Shown here: positions 28,738 to 37,754 of the stretch, piece after piece | Layout of the letters: each line of letters opens with the position of its first letter | Position numbering within the stretch: the stretch's first letter is position 1 | Virus record (IMG/VR): IMGVR_UViG_3300009130_000011 | Coordinates: 38,755-102,754 of that record | Direction: 5' to 3' (one strand) | Source: a virus | Length of the DNA stretch: 64,000 bases | Program-made: the position numbers and the translations under genes | The notes under the pieces: model-generated | Database searches by the model: none | Seen by the model: only the letters and a program-made list of their open reading frames with translations | Told to the model about the DNA's origin: nothing

Positions 28738-28766
28738 ACTTTAGCAGAAAAACAATTTTCTGTCAA
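28738..28766 (-). promoter_or_regulatory. sigma70-type promoter, leaderless geometry
   Basis: TTGACA-N17-TAAAGT-N7-ATG(28730). Confidence 0.7.
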
Positions 28767-28967
28767 GTGTTAAAAGGAAAAAATTTATGCGGAGCTATTT
28801 CCACTTGCAATAATTTGGGTCTTCGAGCCTTTTCCTTCGCATATAGTCCCGCTTTTGCTGCCTCCGTTTTTCTAGATTCTCTTCATCATACTTCTTACGC
28901 GCGCGCGTAAGAGCTTTTTTCCCTGATTCTGTCGAGGCGTATTTCTTTTGTCTATCGTCCACTATGA

Positions 28968-29156
28968 CTAATCTCTCTGTCGAATATTTTTTTTGGTTTT
29001 TGGTTTTTTGCTGAAGATCGCATCAAAATTTTCTCTATATTGCTCCGAAAAAATGTTTCGAGGTTGATCTCCTTTTCCTGCTTGAGTATTATATTTATTG
29101 TTAAAATCTCGAACGATTTGTTTCTCTGATTTTTTTTGTTTAGGTTTTGATTTCAT
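28968..29156 (-). CDS. basic hypothetical protein
   Basis: AGKGDQPR...YRENFDAIF. Confidence 0.65.
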   Translation of the reverse strand: MKSKPKQKKSEKQIVRDFNNKYNTQAGKGDQPRNIFSEQYRENFDAIFSKKPKTKKNIRQRD

Positions 29157-29395
29157 TTTATACTAATCGGTTCGAACCAAACTGTGCAACTATCAAGCCG
29201 CAAATCTTTTTGAACTTGAGTGCAACAATAGCCAATTTGAGCCATTCTTTCTGTTAGCGTAGTTAAATAGTTGATGTCTAGTTTGCATTTAATCTCTTCG
29301 CATTCAATCTGCGCATCGCTTTCGGCTTTATGCATAATAGTCGACACACAAATGTCGCTAGAGAATTCTTCGCACACAGAAACACCTATAGTCAT
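29153..29395 (-). CDS. hypothetical protein
   Basis: Start moved to ATG 29395. Confidence 0.6.
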   Translation of the reverse strand: MTIGVSVCEEFSSDICVSTIMHKAESDAQIECEEIKCKLDINYLTTLTERMAQIGYCCTQVQKDLRLDSCTVWFEPISIK

Positions 29396-29402
29396 ATCAA
29401 CT

Positions 29403-29431
29403 ATATTAACACGATCCAAGACAAAAGTCAA
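29403..29431 (-). promoter_or_regulatory. sigma70-type promoter, leaderless geometry
   Basis: TTGACT-N17-TAATAT (TGn extension)-N7-ATG(29395). Confidence 0.7.
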
Positions 29432-29449
29432 GGATAATATACTCAGCTC

Positions 29450-29605
<156 letters not shown>

Positions 29606-29684
29606 TTTAAATTTAATTAAATGTTAATATAATTTATTATAAAATATAATCGGAAATATTTACACAAAAAAGTAATTTAAGAGA

Positions 29685-30050
29685 TTACATATCTTTGGGC
29701 CACTGAATTGAGCCTAACCCCTCATCTCTTTGAAGGTCTATCCCTATGGCTCTAGCTCCCGGCTTTGCAGGATCCATATCATTAACCAAGAATCTCGGGC
29801 CTCTTTCAATTTCCATTATAAGCCTATCATAAGGAAGATTGTGCTCGGCAAGCTCCTTAACTGTGTGATCTCTTAAGTATTCTGGGCGAGCTGTAGTTAA
29901 TATAATCATATGCCCGCACTCGCGCCAATAATCTAATTTTTCTTTGACTCCGAATAAAAGCTCTGGCTTGGAGCTTAAGTAAGTCTCAAATTTTCTATAT
30001 TTAAATAGAGTGCCGTCAATATCGCAAAAAATTGTGTTTTTTTTCTGCAC
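29685..30050 (-). CDS. small HAD-superfamily phosphatase
   Basis: FCDIDGTL, LTTARP, LVND. Confidence 0.85.
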   Translation of the reverse strand: MQKKNTIFCDIDGTLFKYRKFETYLSSKPELLFGVKEKLDYWRECGHMIILTTARPEYLRDHTVKELAEHNLPYDRLIMEIERGPRFLVNDMDPAKPGARAIGIDLQRDEGLGSIQWPKDM

Positions 30051-30056
30051 GAAAAT

Positions 30057-30725
30057 TTATTTTTTGCTATCTGCAGAAGGCTTTGGTACGCACTCTCCGT
30101 CTTTTTCGACATAACCCGGCTTGCAATTAGGTGGGTAACCTCCTTCATGCTCCGCCTTAGACTTTTCTTTCTTTTTCTTCTTCTTTGAAGACTCTTGAGC
30201 CTTTTTTAAAGATTTGGGGTCTGGATAGTCTTTGTCTCCCGGTTTTGCAGGTCTGTAATTCTTGCCTTCTCTCTTCTTTTTTTCTCGGATATTATGCCAC
30301 AAGCCTTTTCCTTTAGCGTCTGACTCGTCAAGAAACTCAACCATTTCGTCTTCGTGGTCTTCTTCCCCTTTTGTAACTTTCTTTACGCTATTCTTGCTCC
30401 ACATTTTACAACTCCAATAGCGAGCTTTAGTCTTAGGGCCGGGATTGTCGCAATTATGCCTAGCTCGGAAACTTTTTCTACGTTCAGGACTATCGCGCTT
30501 TATCTCCATATTCGGATCGCCAAAATTAACTTTAACTACGTTGCCTTTTTCATTTTTAACGTATACAGAAAATTTCTTTGGGCCTTTGGGGGTTCTAAAG
30601 GGTTTATTAAGCTTTTTGCCTTTATTTTCTTCGGCAGCCCAAGCTTCTTGCGTTACTTCTTCTTCAGTGCCTTCGGCATCCCTGAGTTGCGCTCTAATTT
30701 CTTGACTAAAGTCTAATTCTTTCAT
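30057..30725 (-). CDS. conserved-type phage protein with charged modules
   Basis: VNFGDPNM...RRKSFRARHNC...ARYWSC and GLWHNIR modules recalled from large aquatic phages. Confidence 0.75.
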   Translation of the reverse strand: MKELDFSQEIRAQLRDAEGTEEEVTQEAWAAEENKGKKLNKPFRTPKGPKKFSVYVKNEKGNVVKVNFGDPNMEIKRDSPERRKSFRARHNCDNPGPKTKARYWSCKMWSKNSVKKVTKGEEDHEDEMVEFLDESDAKGKGLWHNIREKKKREGKNYRPAKPGDKDYPDPKSLKKAQESSKKKKKKEKSKAEHEGGYPPNCKPGYVEKDGECVPKPSADSKK

Positions 30726-30737
30726 ATCAGCTTATTA

Positions 30738-30742
30738 TACAC
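30738..30742 (-). promoter_or_regulatory. GTGTA motif (putative phage-specific promoter)
   Basis: GTGTA-N12-ATG(30725); the same motif precedes about 10 other starts. Confidence 0.55.
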
Positions 30743-30765
30743 AAATTTGTGAAAAATTAAACTAT

Positions 30766-31218
30766 TTATTTCCTGCTTTTTACAACTTTTTGATAGTACT
30801 CTTTGTCCCAGAAGCTATAGTAATTAGTTTTACTCAATCGATCTGCATATTTGTTTAATTCTGATAAAGGTTGTATAAAAAGGATTGCATATTCATTATT
30901 GCTGGTTTTTATGCCGTTAATTTTATTGATTTGATCGGGGTGATCCCAAATTAACCAAAGATCTCTATCCCTAGAATATTTCTCATGAATGGAGCAGAAC
31001 CAATCTAGCCAATCTATATCATATTTATCCTTATCTGCATACAATAGATAAAGCATTGGATGTTCTGTGTTACTCATGCATCTCACCGCATCTGCCCAGA
31101 TGTCAGCCGATTCTATTATTTCAATTTTATCGAGAAAAGGTTTTGCAAAAGGGCAAATTGCATGGCCTCCAAGCTCTTTTCTTTTTAGTGAAACATATTC
31201 TATGTAGTCATCAATCAT
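30766..31218 (-). CDS. DUF1415-like protein
   Basis: ICPFAKP...WDHP...FIQPL. Confidence 0.5.
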   Translation of the reverse strand: MIDDYIEYVSLKRKELGGHAICPFAKPFLDKIEIIESADIWADAVRCMSNTEHPMLYLLYADKDKYDIDWLDWFCSIHEKYSRDRDLWLIWDHPDQINKINGIKTSNNEYAILFIQPLSELNKYADRLSKTNYYSFWDKEYYQKVVKSRK

Positions 31219-31991
31219 TTAAAAAAATTTTTGTCATCATGCCTTTTTATTTTATCTAGGTCTTTTGTTTTTTCTATTTTTGAATCTCTCTCGCATAAAA
31301 ACTTGTAATGTTCTATATCATTAGACCATTCTGCGCCCGTCCAAAATTCAAACCCAGAATAGTCTGACTTATATATGCAGCAATTTTCATAACCCATTCC
31401 TAGATACATATAATCCTTGCTATGGTCAATGCAATAATCTATCTCTGCCAAATTAGCATATTTGCCTAGATATAGTTTTGGATTTTCATAATCCCATGCG
31501 AACTGAGTAGAGAAAACACTATTCGAGCCAACGTCTCTTAGGAAAGTAAATGCAATGGGCGATCCGTCTACATAATAAAGAATAAAATATTTTTTATACT
31601 TTTCCCTTTTGATTAAAGGTTTTAAATCCCAGCTTTTAAAACCTCTATACTTAGTATATTTCTCAAATATGGAAGCTAGAATATTCAAATTAATGTCATC
31701 CGCTTGGACCACCTCCGTTGTCACCTCTTTGCATTTTTTTCTAGCTTTCTTTGTTCTCCTAGTGTCTTTAAATAAACTTAAATCAATTCTTGTTTGTCTG
31801 GCTTGATACCAATCTGACTTGTCCTCTTCAAAAACATTAGATATCGTCTTGGGTTCCGAATAATCATCGGGCAGCCAACCTTCTTGTAGAGCTATATCTT
31901 CTTCATGTTCTCCGACCTTAGCCATGCAATCAAAAAATAAATAATCATGTTCTGCTATGGCTCCCGAATAATGCCTAAAGTAAACCCTCAT
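31215..31991 (-). CDS. ATE1/Bpt-like aminoacyl-tRNA--protein transferase (GNAT)
   Basis: RIDLSLF..TRRTKKARKK; AWDYENPKLYLG...EID...YMYLGMGY...YKSDY resembles the ATE_C domain. Confidence 0.7.
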   Translation of the reverse strand: MRVYFRHYSGAIAEHDYLFFDCMAKVGEHEEDIALQEGWLPDDYSEPKTISNVFEEDKSDWYQARQTRIDLSLFKDTRRTKKARKKCKEVTTEVVQADDINLNILASIFEKYTKYRGFKSWDLKPLIKREKYKKYFILYYVDGSPIAFTFLRDVGSNSVFSTQFAWDYENPKLYLGKYANLAEIDYCIDHSKDYMYLGMGYENCCIYKSDYSGFEFWTGAEWSNDIEHYKFLCERDSKIEKTKDLDKIKRHDDKNFFK

Positions 31992-32392
31992 GCCAAGTCT
32001 TCGTCAAACATTCTCCAGTCTTTTGTGTTTTCGATTTCTCTGTCAAGAAATTTGCAACCCAAAGATAGAGGCTTGAATTTATTTAATTCATCTAAAACAG
32101 AGTTTCGGTCGAATTTCTTGCAGCTATAAACATCAAGTTGGACTAAATTTGGATTAGACTTTTCCCAAGAATGTAAACTTATATGGCTAGTTGTAATAAG
32201 GCAAAATGCACTTATGCCTTCATTGCCTTTTTTGTCGCACCCCACCGCTTTGGGTGGACAAAGCATTTCCATGCCTATCTTTTTGACCAATCTCTTAATC
32301 CAAGATTCAGTAAAATCGACACAAACAAAAGGTGTCTTTTCAAAAGTCGCGTTTACTAATAAATGTTTATGTTTTAATCTTTTATCTTCCAT
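31988..32392 (-). CDS. speD: pyruvoyl-dependent decarboxylase, AdoMetDC family (copy 1)
   Basis: KHLLVNA, GISAFCLITTSHISLHSWE, QLDVYSC. Confidence 0.85.
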   Translation of the reverse strand: MEDKRLKHKHLLVNATFEKTPFVCVDFTESWIKRLVKKIGMEMLCPPKAVGCDKKGNEGISAFCLITTSHISLHSWEKSNPNLVQLDVYSCKKFDRNSVLDELNKFKPLSLGCKFLDREIENTKDWRMFDEDLA

Positions 32393-32401
32393 GCATCAAT
32401 T

Positions 32402-32406
32402 TACAC
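32402..32406 (-). promoter_or_regulatory. GTGTA motif
   Basis: GTGTA-N9-ATG(32392). Confidence 0.55.
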
Positions 32407-32599
32407 TAGATCTGAGGTTCTGACAAAATCTTTATCGATATCAATATACCTATTACGACTAAAAAATATACAGCGATAAGCCCTAAAAAGCATATAATTG
32501 GAAAAACCATATCAATGATCTTTTTCACTTTAAAATCCTCCTCCTAAAAATAAGCAAGCGCAAGCCATCCACGCTAAAACGATTTGACTTTGCCTAAAA

Positions 32600-33832
32600 T
32601 TACTTGCTCGGAATCTCCATCAAGCGGAGATCGTCTATAATTTTTTTGTTAAGGTCTGATTCTTTGGCTGAAGGATCAGAAATTAAACTATATATTAACC
32701 CACCAATAAAAGCAAGTGCAAAAATGCCTACAACCACCCACGCTATATTGTTTTTCCAAAAGGAAGGCTTTCGTGGTGAAGGAGGGGGTTTTACAGGCGA
32801 GGGTTTTGGCTTTAAAGGCGGAGGCGAAGGAGGCTCGGGCTTTGGCTCGGGCTTTGGCTCGGGCTTTGGCTCGGGCTTTGGCTCGGGCTTTGGCTCGGGC
32901 TTTGGCTCGGGCTTTGACTCTCCTTCTGTGATCATTTTTTTAACATCTATAACTCCGTAACCCCAATCATTGTCTCTACCTATAGTGCCTTTATCATTGG
33001 TATATTTTAGCAAATGCTCTTTAACTTGAGCTACTGTTTTGCAATCGTTTTTCCCTGTTTCTTTTTCTTGCTTTCTATGTTTGGAGATCATTAGAGCAAT
33101 AACTCCAGCGATAAAGGGGCAAGCCATTGAGGTTCCACTAAGCGATGCATAAGAATTATTCAAAAAAGTGCTAGATATATTAGAGCCGGGCGCTGCCCAG
33201 TCTACTTCTGGACCACGGGAGGAAAAAGAGGATACTCTTCCATATTTGTCATAGGCTGCAACAGCTATAGTAGATTCAAAGGCTGCTGGATAATTTACCC
33301 CGCCAGACCCAGAATTACCAGCCGCGCAAACGACAGGAATGTGCATATCATTGGTTAATTGTTTTATAATTTTTTCCATTTTTGGAGATGGAGTTGAGCC
33401 GCCAAGAGACATAGATATAATATCTGGCTTGAGTCGTTTTGCAGCCTGAAGCGCATTGACTAAACCTTCATAGCTACCTGAACCACTTTTGCTTAAAGCT
33501 TTTATACATATACATTTAGCTTTAGGCGCTACACCTACATAACCTTTTTTATTGTTCTTTGCGCAGATTATTCCTACGCAATGAGTTTGGTGTCCGTTAT
33601 AGTCAAAAATGTCTTCTCCTTGTATGAAATTTTCGCCTTCTATTGCGTTATCTCCTATGTCTTCGTGATCAGGCATGCCTGTATCTATCACGACAATAGT
33701 TACTCCTTCTCCTTGAGTTACTTTCCAAGTGTCTGGAATATTCTGATATTTCAAACTCCAGTCAAGAGATTGAGAAAGCGAAGTGAAGACCTCTTCGACT
33801 TTAAAGTCTGGGAGGAAGGTTTTCTTTTTCAT
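32600..33832 (-). CDS. S8 subtilisin-like serine protease with Pro-rich linker and C-terminal TM helix
   Basis: VIDTG, GHQTHCVG, AAGN, SGTSMACP triad; (KPEP)7; IAWVVVGIFALAFIGGLIY. Confidence 0.93.
   Translation of the reverse strand: MKKKTFLPDFKVEEVFTSLSQSLDWSLKYQNIPDTWKVTQGEGVTIVVIDTGMPDHEDIGDNAIEGENFIQGEDIFDYNGHQTHCVGIICAKNNKKGYVGVAPKAKCICIKALSKSGSGSYEGLVNALQAAKRLKPDIISMSLGGSTPSPKMEKIIKQLTNDMHIPVVCAAGNSGSGGVNYPAAFESTIAVAAYDKYGRVSSFSSRGPEVDWAAPGSNISSTFLNNSYASLSGTSMACPFIAGVIALMISKHRKQEKETGKNDCKTVAQVKEHLLKYTNDKGTIGRDNDWGYGVIDVKKMITEGESKPEPKPEPKPEPKPEPKPEPKPEPKPEPPSPPPLKPKPSPVKPPPSPRKPSFWKNNIAWVVVGIFALAFIGGLIYSLISDPSAKESDLNKKIIDDLRLMEIPSK
32832..32915. repeat. perfect 12-bp tandem repeat x7
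   Basis: (ggctcgggcttt)7, encodes the KPEP linker on the minus strand. Confidence 0.95.
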
Positions 33833-33847
33833 TTCGATTATTTAAGA

Positions 33848-33970
33848 TTAGCAACTGCAATTTTTGCAGTTATCACAATCGACGCACTCTTTGTTGCATT
33901 CGCAGCTAGCTTTCGGAGAACTGCATGCGGATACCAAGATGCCAAATAAAATAGCAATATATTTCTTCAT
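33848..33970 (-). CDS. 40-aa Cys-rich lipoprotein (not in track)
   Basis: MKKYIAILFGILVSA-CSSPKASCECNKECVDCDNCKNCSC; ATGA overlap with upstream ORF. Confidence 0.7.
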   Translation of the reverse strand: MKKYIAILFGILVSACSSPKASCECNKECVDCDNCKNCSC

Positions 33971-34113
33971 TTTTTTGCCTTATTTTTGTCGCAGCCACAC
34001 TTGACTGACGATTTTAAAATTAATAATTCGTTTTGGAGTTTTTTATTCTCATTTAATAGGAACTTAATTCTATCTTCAAGCTCCACTCTTTTTCTGTAAT
34101 CATAATTACTCAT
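33967..34113 (-). CDS. 48-aa coiled-coil protein (not in track)
   Basis: MSNYDYRKRVELEDRIKFLLNENKKLQNELL...; GTGTA-N9-ATG. Confidence 0.6.
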   Translation of the reverse strand: MSNYDYRKRVELEDRIKFLLNENKKLQNELLILKSSVKCGCDKNKAKK

Positions 34114-34156
34114 GCATATATATACACCAAATATTGCGAGCGACCCAAAAATCTAC

Positions 34157-35671
34157 CTAGTAATTCTTGGATTCTATAATCTCTTTACAGCTTACATTGT
34201 TCATCTCCATAGACTTATGAAAATCTTTTTCCATGGCTTTTGATAGATTAAGCTCCTCTTCTTCAAGGCTGGTATTGTATCCAGCATAATGAATTAAGAA
34301 ATCTCCATTTTTGTAAGCTTTGTCTCCTTTGTGGGCTATATTTTTAGGGTAACTGTTGATTAGGGACTGGTCAACTATCTTTACATGTTTTTTAAAATCA
34401 GTCTCATGAATCATATAAGATAAAGCGGGTTGGTCTTGATATCCTACATATTTATATTGACCTCCAAGTAGGTCTCGCCACCTGTTTAGATAGTAGTACA
34501 TTATTTGACTCCCTCCTTTAATTAAAACATTGCCACTGTTTATTCCATTGCGATCTTTTGTGATTAACATAAGTTTCTCTTCTGTAAATTCTTTCGCTAA
34601 CTCTTCAAGGTTAAAATCAAAATTCATAATACAAACATCTGCGTCGCTCAAAAAAAGAAGATTATATTTATGATAGTTTTCTATCAAGCAATCTACTTTA
34701 ACCCAGCCGGGGCGCTTATTTGGGTCTTGAATTTTTTCGTATTCTTTTTTTCTGGGGATGATTAATTCGTATTTATTTCTTTTGCAATAAATGTTTTTAG
34801 ATATCATGCCAAGCCTAACTTGACTGTCGTAGGCATCTCCAATGATGGGGGTTATTATGCCAGTTTTTTGGAAGTATTTGGACATTGAAATATCAAATTT
34901 GTTAAAACTAACTTTTCCCATGCGCCTGTGCGCTGGACCGCCCATTTTGATAGGATCTCCTCTATAATGGTGGTACCTTGCAACTTCAAAAGGTACCGCA
35001 ATGCTCTCTACGCATTCGCCCCCTATACTGTGTACATCGCAAATGTCATTACCGTCTCTAAATTTGATGCCCTTAATCATAGATTTAAATTGAGTCAAAT
35101 GATCGTAGCCCCAGTCGAATATTTTTCTAACCGATTTTTCTTTAACCCTTTTATTGAAGACTCTCTGAGGAAATTCTAATCTTAAGCTGTGGTTAGAATC
35201 TGGCTGATCTGATAAAAAACTTTTTATATTCTTATGTTTATTTAAAAATAAAAATTCATCTACATCCATGAATAGCCACCAATCCGAATAGTTATTTTCC
35301 GCGCAATTTTTGTAACCAGTAATTTGTGATTCTGGATATGCAGTAGAATGATCTTTGCCATATATCCAAGATTTTAAAAAAACTTTGCCTTTGTACTCTT
35401 CGAGTATTTTATTAAGTTGTTTTAGCGCTTCTTCAGAAGTAAGTTCTAAACAATATTCTGCGTCTGGTTTTTTTGCCCACTTAATATTTTTTTCTTGCCT
35501 TGATAATTCTCTAGCTCCAGCCTGTAGATATTCATCGCTATCAGAGGGAGCGTCGCCGTTATTGTAGATATAGATTTTATCTACCCCAAGACTTAGGTGA
35601 TGCTCAATCCATTCTTCGATGAATGGAAGCTCCATCCTTGGGATTAGCAGCGTATAGAGGGAAACATTCAC
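34157..35671 (-). CDS. bifunctional glycosyltransferase (GT92/GT2-like + GT34-like fusion)
   Basis: N-half EEWIEHHLSLGVDKIYIYNN...FMDVDEF; C-half WVKV...SDADV..INSG..QDQ..INSY..GDFLIHYAG. Confidence 0.85.
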   Translation of the reverse strand: MNVSLYTLLIPRMELPFIEEWIEHHLSLGVDKIYIYNNGDAPSDSDEYLQAGARELSRQEKNIKWAKKPDAEYCLELTSEEALKQLNKILEEYKGKVFLKSWIYGKDHSTAYPESQITGYKNCAENNYSDWWLFMDVDEFLFLNKHKNIKSFLSDQPDSNHSLRLEFPQRVFNKRVKEKSVRKIFDWGYDHLTQFKSMIKGIKFRDGNDICDVHSIGGECVESIAVPFEVARYHHYRGDPIKMGGPAHRRMGKVSFNKFDISMSKYFQKTGIITPIIGDAYDSQVRLGMISKNIYCKRNKYELIIPRKKEYEKIQDPNKRPGWVKVDCLIENYHKYNLLFLSDADVCIMNFDFNLEELAKEFTEEKLMLITKDRNGINSGNVLIKGGSQIMYYYLNRWRDLLGGQYKYVGYQDQPALSYMIHETDFKKHVKIVDQSLINSYPKNIAHKGDKAYKNGDFLIHYAGYNTSLEEEELNLSKAMEKDFHKSMEMNNVSCKEIIESKNY

Positions 35672-35675
35672 GCTA

Positions 35676-36497
35676 TTAAAGGGTTTTTATACTAAAGGCT
35701 TTTTTCACCCAAAATCCGCATTCATTTTTTGTCGAAAGGTCAATGTCTAAGGCGCGTGCGCTTCCTGAGTGCTGTTCATCGTGAGTGCAGTTATATACCG
35801 CAGCACGAAAGGGAATACTCTCGCCTTTGTAGCCTTTTTTACTAAAATATTGAAATGATTTTTGGTGTGCTCCAATAATATTATATAAATAGAACTTTGT
35901 TGTTGAGTTTATTATATCTTCCTGAGAGCAATTTAAATTAATCTCGTTAAAATTTATTTCTTTTTTTAGTATATTTAGTTTTGTTATATTAGAAGTTCCG
36001 CATGTCGCCGAAAAATTATTCATATCGGATAATTTATTTTGCTTCAAAAGCTTGTAGCCTTTTTTAACTTTTAAAAAATCTTTTTTAGAATTGTTGACAT
36101 ATCTTGCAAGTTTTTTATGAATAAAATCATCCGCGTCGACAAACATAACATAATGATTTTCTTTGTTTGCTTTTTGAATTTGACTTAAAGCAAGTGCGTA
36201 CTTCGTTCCTCTGTCCTTCTTGATTTGACTCATGCCTACACCGGGCTCGACTTGACGATGGCATTGCCAAGAATCAGTAGGCGCAGGCGGCGCCCAGTTT
36301 ACTTCAAGGAATCTTACATTTTTAATTTTTGGATGATTAGAAAAGTCATTTAATGTTTTGTTAGATACAACGATGACATTGAAATTTTTATCTGTTTGGT
36401 TGCAAACAGAAACAAGGGTGTTTTCCAAAAGTTTCCATGTTGTGTCATATGAATGACAATTTTTGTAATGTTTGACGGATATAATAAAAGTTATCAT
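35676..36497 (-). CDS. GT-A fold glycosyltransferase
   Basis: TLVSVCNQT..FNVIVV, MFVDADDFIH. Confidence 0.8.
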   Translation of the reverse strand: MITFIISVKHYKNCHSYDTTWKLLENTLVSVCNQTDKNFNVIVVSNKTLNDFSNHPKIKNVRFLEVNWAPPAPTDSWQCHRQVEPGVGMSQIKKDRGTKYALALSQIQKANKENHYVMFVDADDFIHKKLARYVNNSKKDFLKVKKGYKLLKQNKLSDMNNFSATCGTSNITKLNILKKEINFNEINLNCSQEDIINSTTKFYLYNIIGAHQKSFQYFSKKGYKGESIPFRAAVYNCTHDEQHSGSARALDIDLSTKNECGFWVKKAFSIKTL

Positions 36498-36500
36498 TTG

Positions 36501-37082
36501 TTATTCTCCAAATTTGTAACTGAAATACTCGATATCTTTTGCGTATTTTTCAGCAACGATTTGACGAGTTTCGTCATCATAATATTCAGTATAGTGTTTA
36601 TGTTTTGATTTGTTTTCATGAGGAAGTTTTTGGTATGGTATTCCGATTTTGTCGCAGATGGTGTTGAAGTCTTCTTGGAGGTTTTCAAATCTTCCGATGA
36701 AATCAACCAAGCAATTCCCACCATCATCTAAAATCCAAGGTAATTGTATGGGGTTAAACTTAACTGCAATACCTTTTTTATTTATATATCCACTTTCAGG
36801 ACACGATTGAAATGCTAAAATAAACTCACGAAATGTTAAGTTATATTTTCCATTTTTATTTCTTTGTATATAAAAATATTGAGATACCATTTTATCCCAC
36901 GGGTTTCTTACAAAAGTAAACTTAAAATAGTTGTTCCATTTTTTATTGTCTACTTCTTTTTTGTAATTTTTTGCAAATTTATGAATTCTCCCTTCTTGGC
37001 TTCCATGGAAAAATTTTACAATAGACGAACCACCCGTTTTAATGATGTGAATAAATATACATTTATGTTTATGACTTATCAT
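36501..37082 (-). CDS. sulfotransferase family 2 protein (ST1)
   Basis: FIHIIKTGGSS (5'-PSB), FVRNPWDKMVS (3'-PB), FIGRFENL. Confidence 0.9.
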   Translation of the reverse strand: MISHKHKCIFIHIIKTGGSSIVKFFHGSQEGRIHKFAKNYKKEVDNKKWNNYFKFTFVRNPWDKMVSQYFYIQRNKNGKYNLTFREFILAFQSCPESGYINKKGIAVKFNPIQLPWILDDGGNCLVDFIGRFENLQEDFNTICDKIGIPYQKLPHENKSKHKHYTEYYDDETRQIVAEKYAKDIEYFSYKFGE

Positions 37083-37085
37083 TTC

Positions 37086-37751
37086 TCATTCTCCAAATTT
37101 GTATCCGAAATACTCGATGTCTTTTGCGTATTTTTCCGCAATGATTGCTCTCGTTTCGTCGTCGTAGTATTCGGTGTAGTGTTTATGTTTGCTTTTGTTT
37201 TTGCGTGGAAGTTTCTGATGAGGTATTCCAATTTTGTCACAGACGATATCAAAGTCTTCTTGAAGGTTTTCAAATCTACCGATGTAGTCGGGTATTTGAG
37301 TTCCATCTTTTCGGAAAAGTTGATTGAATGGATTGAAGTATGGAGCGCAGTGATTTTGAACGGACTTTTTATACTGATCCTCGATGTATTCTTTCTGCTT
37401 TTCATTCGTAAATTCAGACTCCCATAGACGTAATAATTCTATCTGCGAAATATCTTCAGGGTCTACATCAAGCGCGAATCTTGTAAATTTTGAAAAGCTA
37501 ATATTTTTAACCCACCTCGGCTTCCTCCAACTGTTAAACATTGAATAACTTGAAACTATCCTGTCCCAAGGATTTCTTACGAATGAAAACTTGAAAAAGT
37601 CTGCATATTTATCATCACTAGAAAAACCACCATCGATAACTCTATTTACGCTATCTATTTTCACGCCAAATTTCGCCACCACATTTCCGACGCTACTTCC
37701 TGCGCATTTTGCCGTGTGAATAAAAATACATTTTTCTTTTTTATTTTTCAT
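37086..37751 (-). CDS. sulfotransferase family 2 protein (ST2)
   Basis: FIHTAKCAGSS, FVRNPWDRIVS, YIGRFENL. Confidence 0.9.
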   Translation of the reverse strand: MKNKKEKCIFIHTAKCAGSSVGNVVAKFGVKIDSVNRVIDGGFSSDDKYADFFKFSFVRNPWDRIVSSYSMFNSWRKPRWVKNISFSKFTRFALDVDPEDISQIELLRLWESEFTNEKQKEYIEDQYKKSVQNHCAPYFNPFNQLFRKDGTQIPDYIGRFENLQEDFDIVCDKIGIPHQKLPRKNKSKHKHYTEYYDDETRAIIAEKYAKDIEYFGYKFGE

Positions 37752-37754
37752 TTG

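Noticed and set aside
32832-32915. Tandem repeats (also near 29485 and 63054-63615) as a CRISPR array or origin iterons
   Set aside because: No spacers, periods are multiples of 3, and all lie in frame within coding linkers. No CRISPR array or cas gene was seen in the window.
32604-32960. Plus-strand ORFs with (GSGF)n and (ALAR)n repeats
   Set aside because: Antisense shadows of the 12-bp repeat encoding the KPEP linker of the S8 protease
36494-37427. Alternative-frame ORFs 36494..36727 and 37079..37405 that resemble each other, and plus-strand 36864..37427
   Set aside because: Their similarity follows from the conserved 3' ends of the sulfotransferase genes; there are no independent starts or motifs
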